The notes beneath the pieces are model-generated. The model saw nothing but the letters and a program-made list of their open reading frames with translations. It had not been told where the DNA came from and ran no database searches. From NCBI RefSeq assembly GCF_001194135.2, contig NC_068989.1:19129644-19193643 (forward strand): a DNA stretch of 64,000 bases, in the 5' to 3' direction. Below, one piece after another: positions 24,762-35,732 of this stretch (within the stretch, counting starts at the first letter, position 1; every line of letters begins with the position of its first letter). This stretch comes from Octopus bimaculoides (taxonomy: Eukaryota). A program made the translations under genes and the position numbers.

Positions 24762-25020
24762 TCATCATCATCATCATCATCATCGTTTAACGTCCGCTTT
24801 CCATGCTAGCATGGGTTGGACGATTTGACTGAGGACTGGTGAAACCGGATGGCAACACCAGGCTCCAATCTAATTTGGCAGAGTTTCTACAGCTGGATGC
24901 CCTTCCTAACACCAACCACTCAGCGAGTGTAGTGGGTGCTTTTACGTGTCACCCACACGAAGGCCAGTCAGGCGGTACTGGCAACGGCCACGCTCGAAAT
25001 GGTGTCTTTTATGTGCCACC
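24762..25020 (-). mobile_element. Young 5'-truncated RTE 3' UTR copy
   Basis: (CAT)n-CGTTTAACGTCCGCTTTCCATGCTAGCATGG...; contains one GCCAGT-N8-ACTGGC module. Near-identical to the 45392, 52615 and 55662 copies. Confidence 0.9.
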
Positions 25021-26496
25021 CACTACAATAATCTCCATCTCACCCGTACAAAAATAGAAAAATTAATACTTGTATGTATTAGAAATCTGCTACATAGTCA
25101 ATTAACATGGGAGAAATCACACCCAAATCTCTTCAAGTCACACGATATTGTAAATAAGGACATTTTAAATATGATACCCTATGGGATGGTCAAGTCTGGA
25201 ATGTCTCAAGATGGACCAGATGGTGCTAAAATGTGTTACATAATGTCATCAAAGTATGGTTTATATCATTAATGACAACCTACTTTATAAGAATTCTACT
25301 AGGCGGTCTTTGATGTGTGATGGGAATTCCTACAGCTAACCTGTAACTAAGTAAACTGAGACGAACAGTAATGCACAAATGCGTGTACACACACACACAC
25401 ACACACACACACAGTGATGGGGTATATTTTAAATGCTAAGCAAATATTTTTAAAATAAATGAAGATATGCTCATTTGGTTGGTTTTAGAATAAATATGTT
25501 CTGTATTAGTTTTGTTTTATTTAGTTTTTAGTTGAGAGGAACAGTTCTATTCCCCCCATACTATGAAAATGTTTTCTATAATATAAAAAGAAGTGGGGAG
25601 AGAGAGAGAGAGAGAGAGCACTAGTTAAGAAATATATCTGATACCGGTCTGGTTTCAATATTGGGTTGAAAACTATTGAATGTTAGTAGTAATACACTGT
25701 TGACTCGTAGAGAGAAGGAATAGTAGTACAGTACAGGGCTGTTATTATAGGCAAGGTATTGGACATTTTGGGTCTCCTACAGAATTCTAGGTAAATAAAT
25801 ACAGGTGTGTGGTAAATTGATAAGTGATGTGAGTTTTTATTATTGGGGTGCAAGAGGCAAAGGGAAGGAAAAGCGACAGTTTGATCGCGGGTAAAAGCAA
25901 TAGTTGTTGTTGCTGTTGTTTTAAGTTCAGTCAGGTTTATTCGAGCAGATGTATATAGTATGTGAGCAACCAGTAACAAAACTTGTGGTTTAATCCAGAG
26001 ACCCAATGAACAAGAGTCTGATAGCTTGAGAAGTTTACAGTTGGAAATACTTTTACTGTAAAGGTGATGTCTGATCCAAATACATCACAACTAATGCTCT
26101 GTGTGTGTGTAGGAGAGAGAGATAATATTATAAGTCAGGAGGGAAGCAGTACTCATGGTCCTTTACTAGGTCCCTGAGACTGGTGAGATGGATAGAGGGA
26201 GGAAGGTATCCTCAAACCAGTGGCCTGGCCTGGCCTGGCTGCATATAAATGTATGGGACTTGGTTAAAGGTACTCAATGTCCAGGTGGTGGTTTTATAAT
26301 ATGTTGACCAATACTAAAATCTCTGTTTCCATGAGATAGTCTTAGCCATATTTAAGATGTTGGGTTTTCAGTAGAAGGTATTATAATAGTCGTTGTTGTT
26401 CTGATCAGCCCTAATCCAACAGACCTATGAATGTTTTCTTTTCTCTTCAGACACAATGTATCTAAGATTATGTTATGCAATGTGCCCTATTTTTAA

Positions 26497-26708
26497 TCTT
26501 TTAACATTCACATTATTCTCTCAAGAGTAATGTTTATTTATTCACATGATTTTAAATTAATTATGCATTATTTTGTAGCTTTGAGATTTTGATGAGGTAA
26601 CTTTTTAGAATGATATTGTAGCATTGGTGTAAGAGGCCAGATCTGGTCAGTTTGAACATAAATAGGTAGAATATTTTGGCTGGATCTAGCCGGTTTAAAT
26701 GCTAAGGC
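26497..26708. mobile_element. piggyBac-like MITE (family E), degraded
   Basis: Match to 61817-62040 in the opposite orientation; TTAA at the left end. Confidence 0.7.
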
Positions 26709-26791
26709 AGTAAGGCCTGATTTAAGAGAGATTTGGGGCTCAGGGAATTAACAATGAAAGCTGCTGGAGATATGCAGTTATATAATATATA

Positions 26792-27196
26792 TACTCTTTT
26801 ACTCTTTACTCTTTTACTTGTTTGTCATTTGACTGCGGCCATACTGGAGCACCGCCTTTAGTCGAGCAAATCAACCCCAGGACTTATTCTTTGGAAGCCT
26901 AGTACTTATTCTATTGGTCTCTTTTGCCGAACCAATAAGTTACGGGGACGTAAATACACAACCATCGGTTGTCAAGCGATGCTGGAGGGACAAACACAGA
27001 CACACAAACATATACACACACATACATATATACGACGGGCTTCTTTCAGTTTCCGTCTACCAAATCGAATCACAAGGCTTTTGTCGGCCCGAGGCTATAG
27101 TAGAAGACACTTGCCCAAGGTGCCACACAGTGGGAATGAACCCGGAACCATGTGGTTGGTAAGCAAGCTACTTACCACACAGCCACTCCTGCGCCT
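26792..27196 (-). mobile_element. Young full-length family A SINE
   Basis: High identity to 9329-9738, including the AGGCGCAGGAGTGGCTG head. Confidence 0.92.
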
Positions 27197-27361
27197 ATAC
27201 AATCACATTACACATATATAAGAGTTTAATGGAAGATGTTACTTGGCTAAATTTGTTGCTTCTTAGCCCCAGATCAGCCCTGATTGAACAGACCTATGAT
27301 CAAAAGTGTTCCTACCATAATCTGAGGAAATTTGGCTGCTGATCCTAGTAGATCAAGGGAT

Positions 27362-27529
27362 TATATAAATGTTCCCACATTGACTAATTGAAGATATATG
27401 ATGTCAGCAAGAAGTGATGTTTATATATGTTACCTCTTTGGCTCATTGAAGATATGGTAACAGCAAGAGGTGATGTATAGATATTCCCTCGTTGGCTCAT
27501 TGAGAACATGGTGTTAGCAAGAAGTGATG
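27362..27529. repeat. Minisatellite, three imperfect ~55-bp units
   Basis: Unit of the type TATAGATATTCCCTCGTTGGCTCATTGAAGATATGGT..CAGCAAGAAGTGATG, seen three times. Confidence 0.8.
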
Positions 27530-28144
27530 GAAACAGTTCATGTCGGTATGCAGACTATGATGTTTCAAGTGCTATGCTGTTCGTGGGAAAATAAGAAAGC
27601 TGCATGGAACAGTTTTATTTAATAGGACATCACATTTGAAATTGTGCTAAGTTTTTCACAAAACATTGTTGGCATTAACAGTTGATCACATTAGTTATTG
27701 AAATATTGAACTACCATTGATTTTGGTAATATGTATTGTTATACAAAAATGTTGGGGGTGTCTCTAAGTTTTTGTCTTATTTTAGCACTGTTATATTATG
27801 ATATTTTCAGAAGTCACCTAGGAAGCATATTTTTTTATTCTGTATCTGAAAATCTTTCTTATCAGATGTCAGCTTTCTCATCATGAGTGAAATATAAACT
27901 TCCTGCTATTTTGATATTATCGTTAAAGAAACAAACCTCTAACTTAGTTATTTTTTTACAGAAATAACATTATGAGCGTTATTAAAGTTCTATATTTCTG
28001 CAATTTACTTTGCTGACATCTGATGCTTACTTTCCAAGAAACATAAGGATGGGAGGAATAGCATCAAATATCATACATACATACTAAATGTAAAAGCAAC
28101 AAAATGTTTAAATAAATGTTTTTTCAATAATTAATCCTGTACAG

Positions 28145-28227
28145 ACATTGGCGGCAGGGGTGGCAGCAGTGAGGAATCTGACATTGGCTTTAATGATCCA
28201 GTTATTTATAAAATAATTAGAACTTTG
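28145..28227 (+). CDS. Candidate 83-nt exon (phase 1-0), unknown product
   Basis: GC-rich islet in unique AT-rich DNA; CCTGTACAG acceptor and TTG|GTAATG donor. Frame IGGRGGSSEESDIGFNDPVIYKIIRTL. Confidence 0.2.
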
Positions 28228-28566
28228 GTAATGAAACAGAATATATATGAGTAGTAAAATTACGTTATGGGGCTGACATTTTTCTACCAATGATACATAT
28301 AGTAAAACTATTTTAAAGTCTGTAGAGTTGTATTTTAGGGAGATCTGGTTGCTATTTTTTTTTACAAGTCAAGTGATTGCCACAGACAGTTCCACATTTC
28401 TGACATTGATTCAGGCTGTTACACTCAATCACTGCTCTCAAACCTGACACAGTAATAATGGCTGCATGAACAAAAATCTGCATGTAACAGTCTAACTATT
28501 ATCAACATTGGCCTATCTTTCAATTACATTTCCTGCTATTTGATCATACAAGAAATATATTCAACA

Positions 28567-28772
28567 TTAAACCCCTCTCTGGCCTAAATATTCTACCTGT
28601 TTTATGTTCAGACCAGCCAGATCCGGTCTCTCACACCTACCCTACACTGTCATTCTAAAAAATAAACAATCCCATCATTGAAATCTTGGAGCTATGAGAT
28701 GATGCACTATTAATTCAAAACAATGTGAATACAAAAACACTACATTTAACAGAGGAATCTGAATACAAAAGG
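28567..28772. mobile_element. piggyBac-like MITE (family E), degraded
   Basis: Match to 61817-62040 (CTCTCACACCTACCCTACACTGTCATTCTAAAAAATAAACAATC...). Confidence 0.7.
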
Positions 28773-29509
28773 ATGGTGGCCACCATGTCTATGTAAAGTG
28801 CAAGTGCAACATTTCTAGAACCTGCAGTTCCTCTGATGGAGTACCAGAGACATCCATACACTCACCCACTCTTTTCATGAACTTTCCACAAAAAATAGGT
28901 AAGGCCTTGTATACAGCCATGAAACTCATATCCTCTCACCTTACTTCAAATACCACTGCACAACACTGTGCCTTACTAAAATTACCCTGAAATTCGGTTC
29001 CACAACAAAAGTTTTAAAGTAGTCCCTACTGTATCTACTGTCTTCCTTGCTACCTGCAACACTGCAGAACATCACATACTACTGCCCACACACTCAACAG
29101 TCACACACATCTAAGACAATATTACTAGGAGTTAGGATATGTCTCTGGTACTATGTGTCACAAGAGCATATAATGTATGGTAAAGAAAGTAAAACTGCAC
29201 AAACACATACTTAAAGCATTCACAATTTTTACATGTAGCCAGTAGAAGGAAGACCAACAACAGTGGTGTGAAAACAAAACATTAGATCCATCATGAGATA
29301 TGCTAGTCCTACCTGGACCACCAGTGCTCCACAGAAAACTACATCATAATAGGTTATGAATTGACCATCTTACACAACAAAACCAAAAATACTAAAGGTT
29401 ATACTGAAGGGTACAGTTTGTTGTTACATCATGGTTTAACTACCATTCCAGACACACACACACACATGCACGCAAAACTATGTCTGGATTGTCACACTGT
29501 ACCCTATAT

Positions 29510-29785
29510 CAGGGGTTTTCAAACTGTGGTCCGCGGACAAGACAGGGGTCCGTGGACAGCAAATACTTTTTATGGGCAATTTGATTTTATATATGTTTTT
29601 TAATCGAAATCTTTTAATTGACAATAAACCTTTTTGTTAAATACTGTTAAATAAATAAATGTAAGAATATATGTTATTTTAAGCAAATATTTATGTATAA
29701 ATTTCATAAGCGTTTATAAGGGGGTCCCTAAGGTAAAGCCTGAAATATAAAGGGGTCCGTAAGTCAAAAAGTTTGAAAACCCCTA
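29510..29785. mobile_element. hAT-family MITE with 8-bp TSD
   Basis: TIRs CAGGGGTTTTCAAACT and AGTTTGAAAACCCCT(A); CCCTATAT is duplicated at 29502-29509 and 29786-29793. An 8-bp TSD with CAGGGGT ends is typical of hAT/Charlie elements. Confidence 0.9.
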
Positions 29786-30369
29786 CCCTATATGATTCAT
29801 AACTGAAAATATTATATGAAATAAACAGGCGGAAAATAACTGAAAAAGGGACAAGAAAGAGAAGAGGAAGAGATAGATATCTGGAAAGTCAGTGCTGTAC
29901 TTGTAGTGGATCTAAAATAGTGGAATTGAGATTTGGAGGAAGAAGAAGAAGAAGTTGTGTGACCCTCAGCTCAACAAAAATATTGTATAATTGAGATGTG
30001 CTTGGAGATCGTGTTTTGTCATTTTGCTGACAACCTGCAAGCAGTATCATTGCTCAATCAGTTTGACCTGGGGCTAAACAGCTCTATCATACAACTGATA
30101 TGGCAGTGTTGTATTTAGCCCTCATGAAACAGACTTATGGTCAAAGGCCAAAGGTATTCCAGATGTGACCATCCCATCTTTTTAGCAGTGTCAAGTAGAA
30201 CATCATTTAGGGTTTATTAGGTCCTGAATTAGGGTACTATAAAATTGTGGAAAGGTTGTGAAACAATTGTTTCTTATTTGAAATATTTGATAAAATGTAA
30301 AACATTCATGAAGCTATTACCCATGTGTGAGCAACATTTACTGCTCACAAAAACGGAGGAATATTTCAC

Positions 30370-30680
30370 TCAAGGAAAAGACCTGGTACTTTGTTGATTT
30401 CTTTTGCTGAACTGCTAAGTAATGGAAACATAAACAATCCAACACCAGTTGTCAAGAGGTGATAGAGGAGTAACACAAGGCACACACATGTGCGTGCACA
30501 TACACACATGCACACATTCACATGAAGGACTTCCTCATAGTTTCTGTGTACCAAATTCACTCACATGGCATTGGTTAGCTTGGGGTTATAAAAAATATTT
30601 TGCCAAGGTGCTGCATAGTGGAACTGAACCCAAAAGCACATGATTGCAAAACATGCATCTTAACCACACGGTCTTGCCTG
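30370..30680 (-). mobile_element. Degraded family A SINE
   Basis: Colinear diverged match to family A. Confidence 0.7.
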
Positions 30681-31695
30681 CATTCATTGGAATACCTTTT
30701 TTAAAAAGCTGCAGAGGATTATTGATTTGTCAGTGTGGGACATAGTGGTACAAATTTGAGAACTGAATGAAGTTAGCACAACAGGATTTAATATTATCAT
30801 TAAAAAAAAAAGTGCCATAATCACCAGACCCCATAGCAAAGTGATTAGCTGGTCTCCACAGGTTGGATTGACTATTAGCATTCCAACCCTTCATAATTAT
30901 CAGACCCCATTGGGTTAACATCTAATTCCTATTCAGTAAGATACTACCCACTGGTTCCTTCATCTATCAGACTCCCTATTAAGTTGAAGTTTCAAGAGAA
31001 TTGTGTATTACTTACTAATCTTCCATATCCAACACACATTAATAGCTACAATGTAGTACCTTATGACTGGCCTCTCTCTCCCTGTCTCTCTATCTCTCTC
31101 TCTCTCCTCCTCTCTCTCTCACACACGTGTGCCTTTAATTATTGATATGTATGTCAATATGAGATATTTCATTTAAAAGAAAATAAACATCTAGATTGTT
31201 ATTACTCCTTTAAAATCTGTTACATTTTCACTTGAACACTCTCGTTTATAATTAAGATATACATGCACATAAAACACCTGCTTGCCTCTGCACAAAACAT
31301 TAGAAATTAATACATTATGAGAACAAAATAAAATTGTTACCAGGGTTACTGTTTATTTATTATTTGATCTGCAAAAAATATATTTTCCTGTTAATAACAT
31401 GTCACATGTTTTAGTGTTGATTTGTACACACAAGTATTGTTTTGTAAACAAAGAGAGAGTTAAGTTGTAATCACAGTTGTTTGTAAACATACCAAGGTTT
31501 GTTTTGTAAACAATATTGTCATAAATTTAGTAAACTAAAACAAACGACGAGATATTTTCTTCGTATATTACATTCGTCATCATCATCGTTATTGTTGTCG
31601 TTTTAACATTCACTTCTCTATATTTGCATGGGTTAGGCAAAACTAATTGAACATAACTCTGTGACCATTTATTCTTCTCATCAAACCCCTTTTCT

Positions 31696-32377
31696 GGGAT
31701 CTTTATGGTTTGATGGCCAATACTTGTTTTCTTAACGAAACACTTTCAAATTTGGGATACTGGTAGAATGTGTCATATAAAACATCTTTTTCTCTTAGCC
31801 TTCTTAACAAAAATTACTTCTTAATAAGTTATTTCATGTTAAAGTTGTCGTATTTCTGTAATTTCAACCAATCACTGACGTCTATTCAGCTGAATACAGT
31901 TAGTGCTGTTCGGTGTCAAGTGTGTTATTCCCTGTTTAATTATATCATTATTCCCTAGTAAGGGTTTAGGGTTTTAGGGTTCGGGTTCGGGTTAGGGTTA
32001 AGGTTATGGCAAAAANNNNNNNNNNAAACACGAACGATGTCATAAATAACAGTGACAAACGAAATATATAGCGCTGATAGTTGTTGTTGACAACGGATAG
32101 TTTTTGTTGACAAACAATGGCACTAATTTTATTCAAGGGAAAAGATCCCCTGACACCGTTGTTTACATTCCACGGCGTAATTGTTTTCACCTCAATAGAC
32201 GTCAGTGATTGGTTGAAATTAACGAAATACGACAATTTTTTTACATGAAATAACTTCGAATACAAAATTTTTTATCTGTTCTATAACACAAAATATACAA
32301 GTATTCGAAGTTTGAAAGTGTTTCGGTACCAAAAACACTACATAAAAAAATGTTGGCCATTAAACCCTAAAGATCCC
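31696..32377. mobile_element. Non-autonomous long-TIR DNA element with internal GGGTTA-like repeats
   Basis: Ends GGGATCTTTATGGTTTGATGGCCAA and TTGGCCATTAAACCCTAAAGATCCC. Imperfect arms of ~200 bp (31826-31886 inverts 32194-32256). TTTTCT is duplicated at 31690-31695 and 32378-32383. A 10-N gap lies inside. Confidence 0.8.
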
Positions 32378-32719
32378 TTTTCTGTTTCCCAAGTAAGGTA
32401 ATATTGCCCCTAGCCCTTTGGACAACAACCAGCTCAGTGGCTGGACATACAGAAGGTTGTAGAAGCATGTACAGACATTGCAGAAGGTTTGTAAAAAAAA
32501 AATGCATAATTTTACAATTGTTTGTTTACAGTTGAGTGTGTACATGTAAACATATGCACACACACAGGTTTTTAAATGAAAGCATTTATGGACAAGTGTT
32601 TCTTTCAAACTTTCATTTCATACTTCAAAAAATATTCAGACTATGGATATTCAAACAACAACCAGTCTCATTTTACCAGCTGATGATTGAAAACGAGCAA
32701 CTCTAAGTGGTGGAAATCA

Positions 32720-32870
32720 AAACCTTTTCCCAACCATATTGTTCCAGGTTCAGCCCCACTGTATGGCACCTCAGGCAAGTTTCTTCTTCTATAGTGTTGG
32801 GCCGACCAAAGCCTTGTGAGTAGATTTGATAGATGGAAACTAAAAGAAGCCTGTCATGTATGTGCATGTA
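32720..32870 (+). mobile_element. 5' half of a family A SINE
   Basis: CCAGGTTCAGCCCCACTGTATGGCACC..GGCCGACCAAAGCCTTGTGAGTAGATTTG, followed by (TA)n. Confidence 0.75.
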
Positions 32871-33851
32871 TATATATATATATATATATATATATTGGGT
32901 CATCTCATAAATAATGTGGTTTTTTCAATTGCATGAACTAAAATGTTGGAGGAGGACAGGATAAATTACCTGCATCAACTTGCTATAAAAACAGACTCTC
33001 TTACATGGCACCTTGGGCAAGTGTGTTCTTGTATAGCCTCAGGCTGACCAAATTCTGATGGAAACTGGAAGAAGCCCTAACTAAAACAAGTAAAAGATAG
33101 AAGATATTACATACATGTGCACACACACACACACACACATATACACACCCTGGCATGGCCTTCTAGTTCATCTGTTCTTGTTGAACTGTCCAACCCATGC
33201 CAGCATGGAAAAAGTGATGGTAAATGATGATGAAACTACTAATACTACTACGAACAATCCAAATTGTTTCTATCTTTCTTGTGAAAATATCCGTTGCAGC
33301 AATAATTGATTATATCTCTGACAGACTTCCATCTACCAAATTTCACCCTCATGGCATTGGTCAGCTCATAGCCATTATGGAAGATGCTGGCCAACAGTCC
33401 AAGCAGTAGCAAGAAACCCTTGATCACCAGAACTTTCTAACCAGAAATTTAGAGGAGCAATATAATTAATTCTCTAGTTCTCATTTTATTGCATCTGTGT
33501 GTGTGTGTGTGTGTGTGTTACTCAGGATGGAATGACACAGAGGGAGAATTATTATATAACATTAACTTTGATAGAGTTTAGCTCAGAATATGAAGTGATG
33601 TAACTGAACACTACAAGATGACACTTTATTAATTCTTCCATTCCGCTTCTCCATTGATATAAATAATTATGATCATCAAGGCAATTCTGCCGGTGCCACT
33701 TCCTTCATTAGATTGTCCGTTAATCCACTCACATACATTCCAGCTGAAAGTTCTTCTTATGCTTTGGGAAACTGTAAATTTCATTGTTCGTGTAATGTTA
33801 TTTTTTTTCCTCTCTGACATCATAAAAGTGATAATGAGTCAGAGAGGAGAC

Positions 33852-34225
33852 TTATTACCTCCCCCTTAGCGAAGGCAGAGGTATTGTTTTCAGTTGTGTT
33901 TGTTTGTTTGTCCGTGGACAAGATATCTCAAGAACTACTGGATGAACTTGGATGAAACTTTCAGGGATGTTTGGCCTTGTGACTGGCACAAACTGATTAG
34001 ATTTTGGGATTGATCTGGTACTGGACAAGGATTCTGGATTATTTTTCCTGTTTTTTTTTTACTTAAATTTTTGAGAGTGGTCAGGTTCATTTTTAGTATT
34101 CTCGTTTGTGAGAGCAATCTAGTTTATTTCAGATATTCTCATTTTAAAAATCATCTCTGGCTAATCGTTGAGAGGACATTGGTGTTGCCTTGGCAGAGGT
34201 TTGCGCTCTCTGAGTGCTCTTGTTT
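33852..34225 (+). mobile_element. Helentron/Helitron-associated non-autonomous element (HINE-like)
   Basis: 5' TTATTACCTCC..AAGGCAGAGGT sub-terminal inverted repeat, GTTTGTTTGTTTGTCC microsatellite, CAAGATATCTCAAGAACTACTGGATG..ATGAAACTTT body, and 3' CTTGGCAGAGGT-TTGCGCTCTCTGAGTGC-TCTTGTTT hairpin end. This matches the known HINE/DINE-1-like architecture. Confidence 0.75.
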
Positions 34226-34265
34226 ATGAAATAAATTCAGTCCACTCAAGAGTTTTAATGTTGTA

Positions 34266-34658
34266 CTTCTTTTATCTTTTACTTCTTTCAATTAATAGAC
34301 CGGGGCACTGCCTTGAAGGGTTTTTTTTTTCACTCAAATAAACTGACCTCAGAACTTATTCTTTTTAAGCCTTGAGTACTTATTCTATCAGTCACTTTTG
34401 CTGAATCACTAAGTTATGGGGACATAAACACATCAACACCAGTCAGTTGTCAAGCAGTGGTGAGGGGATAGACACAGACGTACGCGTGCACACACACACA
34501 CAATATATATATGTATATGATGGGCTTATTTTCAGCCTCCATATACCAAATCTACTAACAAAGCTTTGGTTGGTCTAAGGCTATAGTAGAAGACACTTGC
34601 TCAAGGTGCCATGTGGTTAGGAAGCAAGCTTCTTACTAAACAGCCACGCCTTCACCTA
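34266..34658 (-). mobile_element. Older family A SINE
   Basis: Colinear match to family A. Confidence 0.8.
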
Positions 34659-35390
34659 TTATATAACATAAGTGATTGACAAAAAAATTCATAATAAACA
34701 GTTTTTTTTTCCTGTTGTGAATTAGATCTAATAGTCTTTACTTAGAGATTCAGTTTTAACAATGTAAGAAACACACATATCACATGTTGTAGTTGTTTAG
34801 TAGTTATGGTCAGTTCTGCTGTAGTGGACATAGAATATACTACTGGTAACTATATAAATGTACAGGTGCCACTCATGGATCCCATTCTGAAATCTTTGTT
34901 TTGACTCTCTGTTTCTATCTCTTTTGTTCGTTTGTTTTAATTACTTAGTCAGAGACAAAAAAGGGGATCACCCATAACCCTTTTCATGGCCTTTGACACT
35001 GATTGAAATAAGGGAGAAGATCCTGAGTGGTTGCAACAAGTTAACCGTAGTCTGGGCACCCGAGGACCATAGGATAGTTTGTACTGGGCAGTGAATTTAG
35101 TCTCTGCCCACTATGCCCAAAAACAGGGGACAGCATCTGACTAGCTTCAACACTGTTAGCATTTATCCAATTTCACAAGTAAAGCTTTGTTCAACCTCAA
35201 GGTTATGATAGAAAACTCTTTTGTCTCTTTCCTTTGAGTGCCCCCCCCTCTTTCTTTATCTTTTCTCTTCTTTTTTTTTTCTATTCTTCCTCTCTTATTC
35301 TTTTTTTTTCCATTTCTCTTCCCTTCCAGTTTTGCTTTTTCCTTACTGGCTGTCCTCAAATTTTCATCTTCTCTGTCTCCCTATATCCCT

Positions 35391-35732
35391 TACTCTTTTA
35401 CTTGTTTCAGTCATTTGACTGCGGCCATGCTTGAGCACCGCCTTTAGTCGAGCAAATCAACCCCAGTACTTATTCTATTGGTCTCTTTTTGCCGAACTGC
35501 TAAGTTACATGAACGTAAACACACCAGCATCGGTTGTCAAGCGATGGTGAGGGGACAAACACAGACACACAAAGACACACGACGGGCTTCTCTCAGTTTC
35601 CATCTACCAAATCCACTCACAAGGCTTTGGTCGGCCCGAGGCTATAGTGGAAGACACTTGCCCAAGGTGCCACGCAGTGGGACTGAACCTGGAACCATGT
35701 GGTTGGTAAGCAAGCTACTTACCACACAGCCA
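35391..35732 (-). mobile_element. Young family A SINE without the internal microsatellite
   Basis: High identity to 9329-9738, but ACACAAAGACACAC joins directly to GACGGGCTTC. Confidence 0.9.

Noticed and set aside
31961-32006. Possible interstitial telomere or chromosome fusion scar
   Set aside because: The tract is short, degenerate and enclosed by the TIRs of a transposon-like element.
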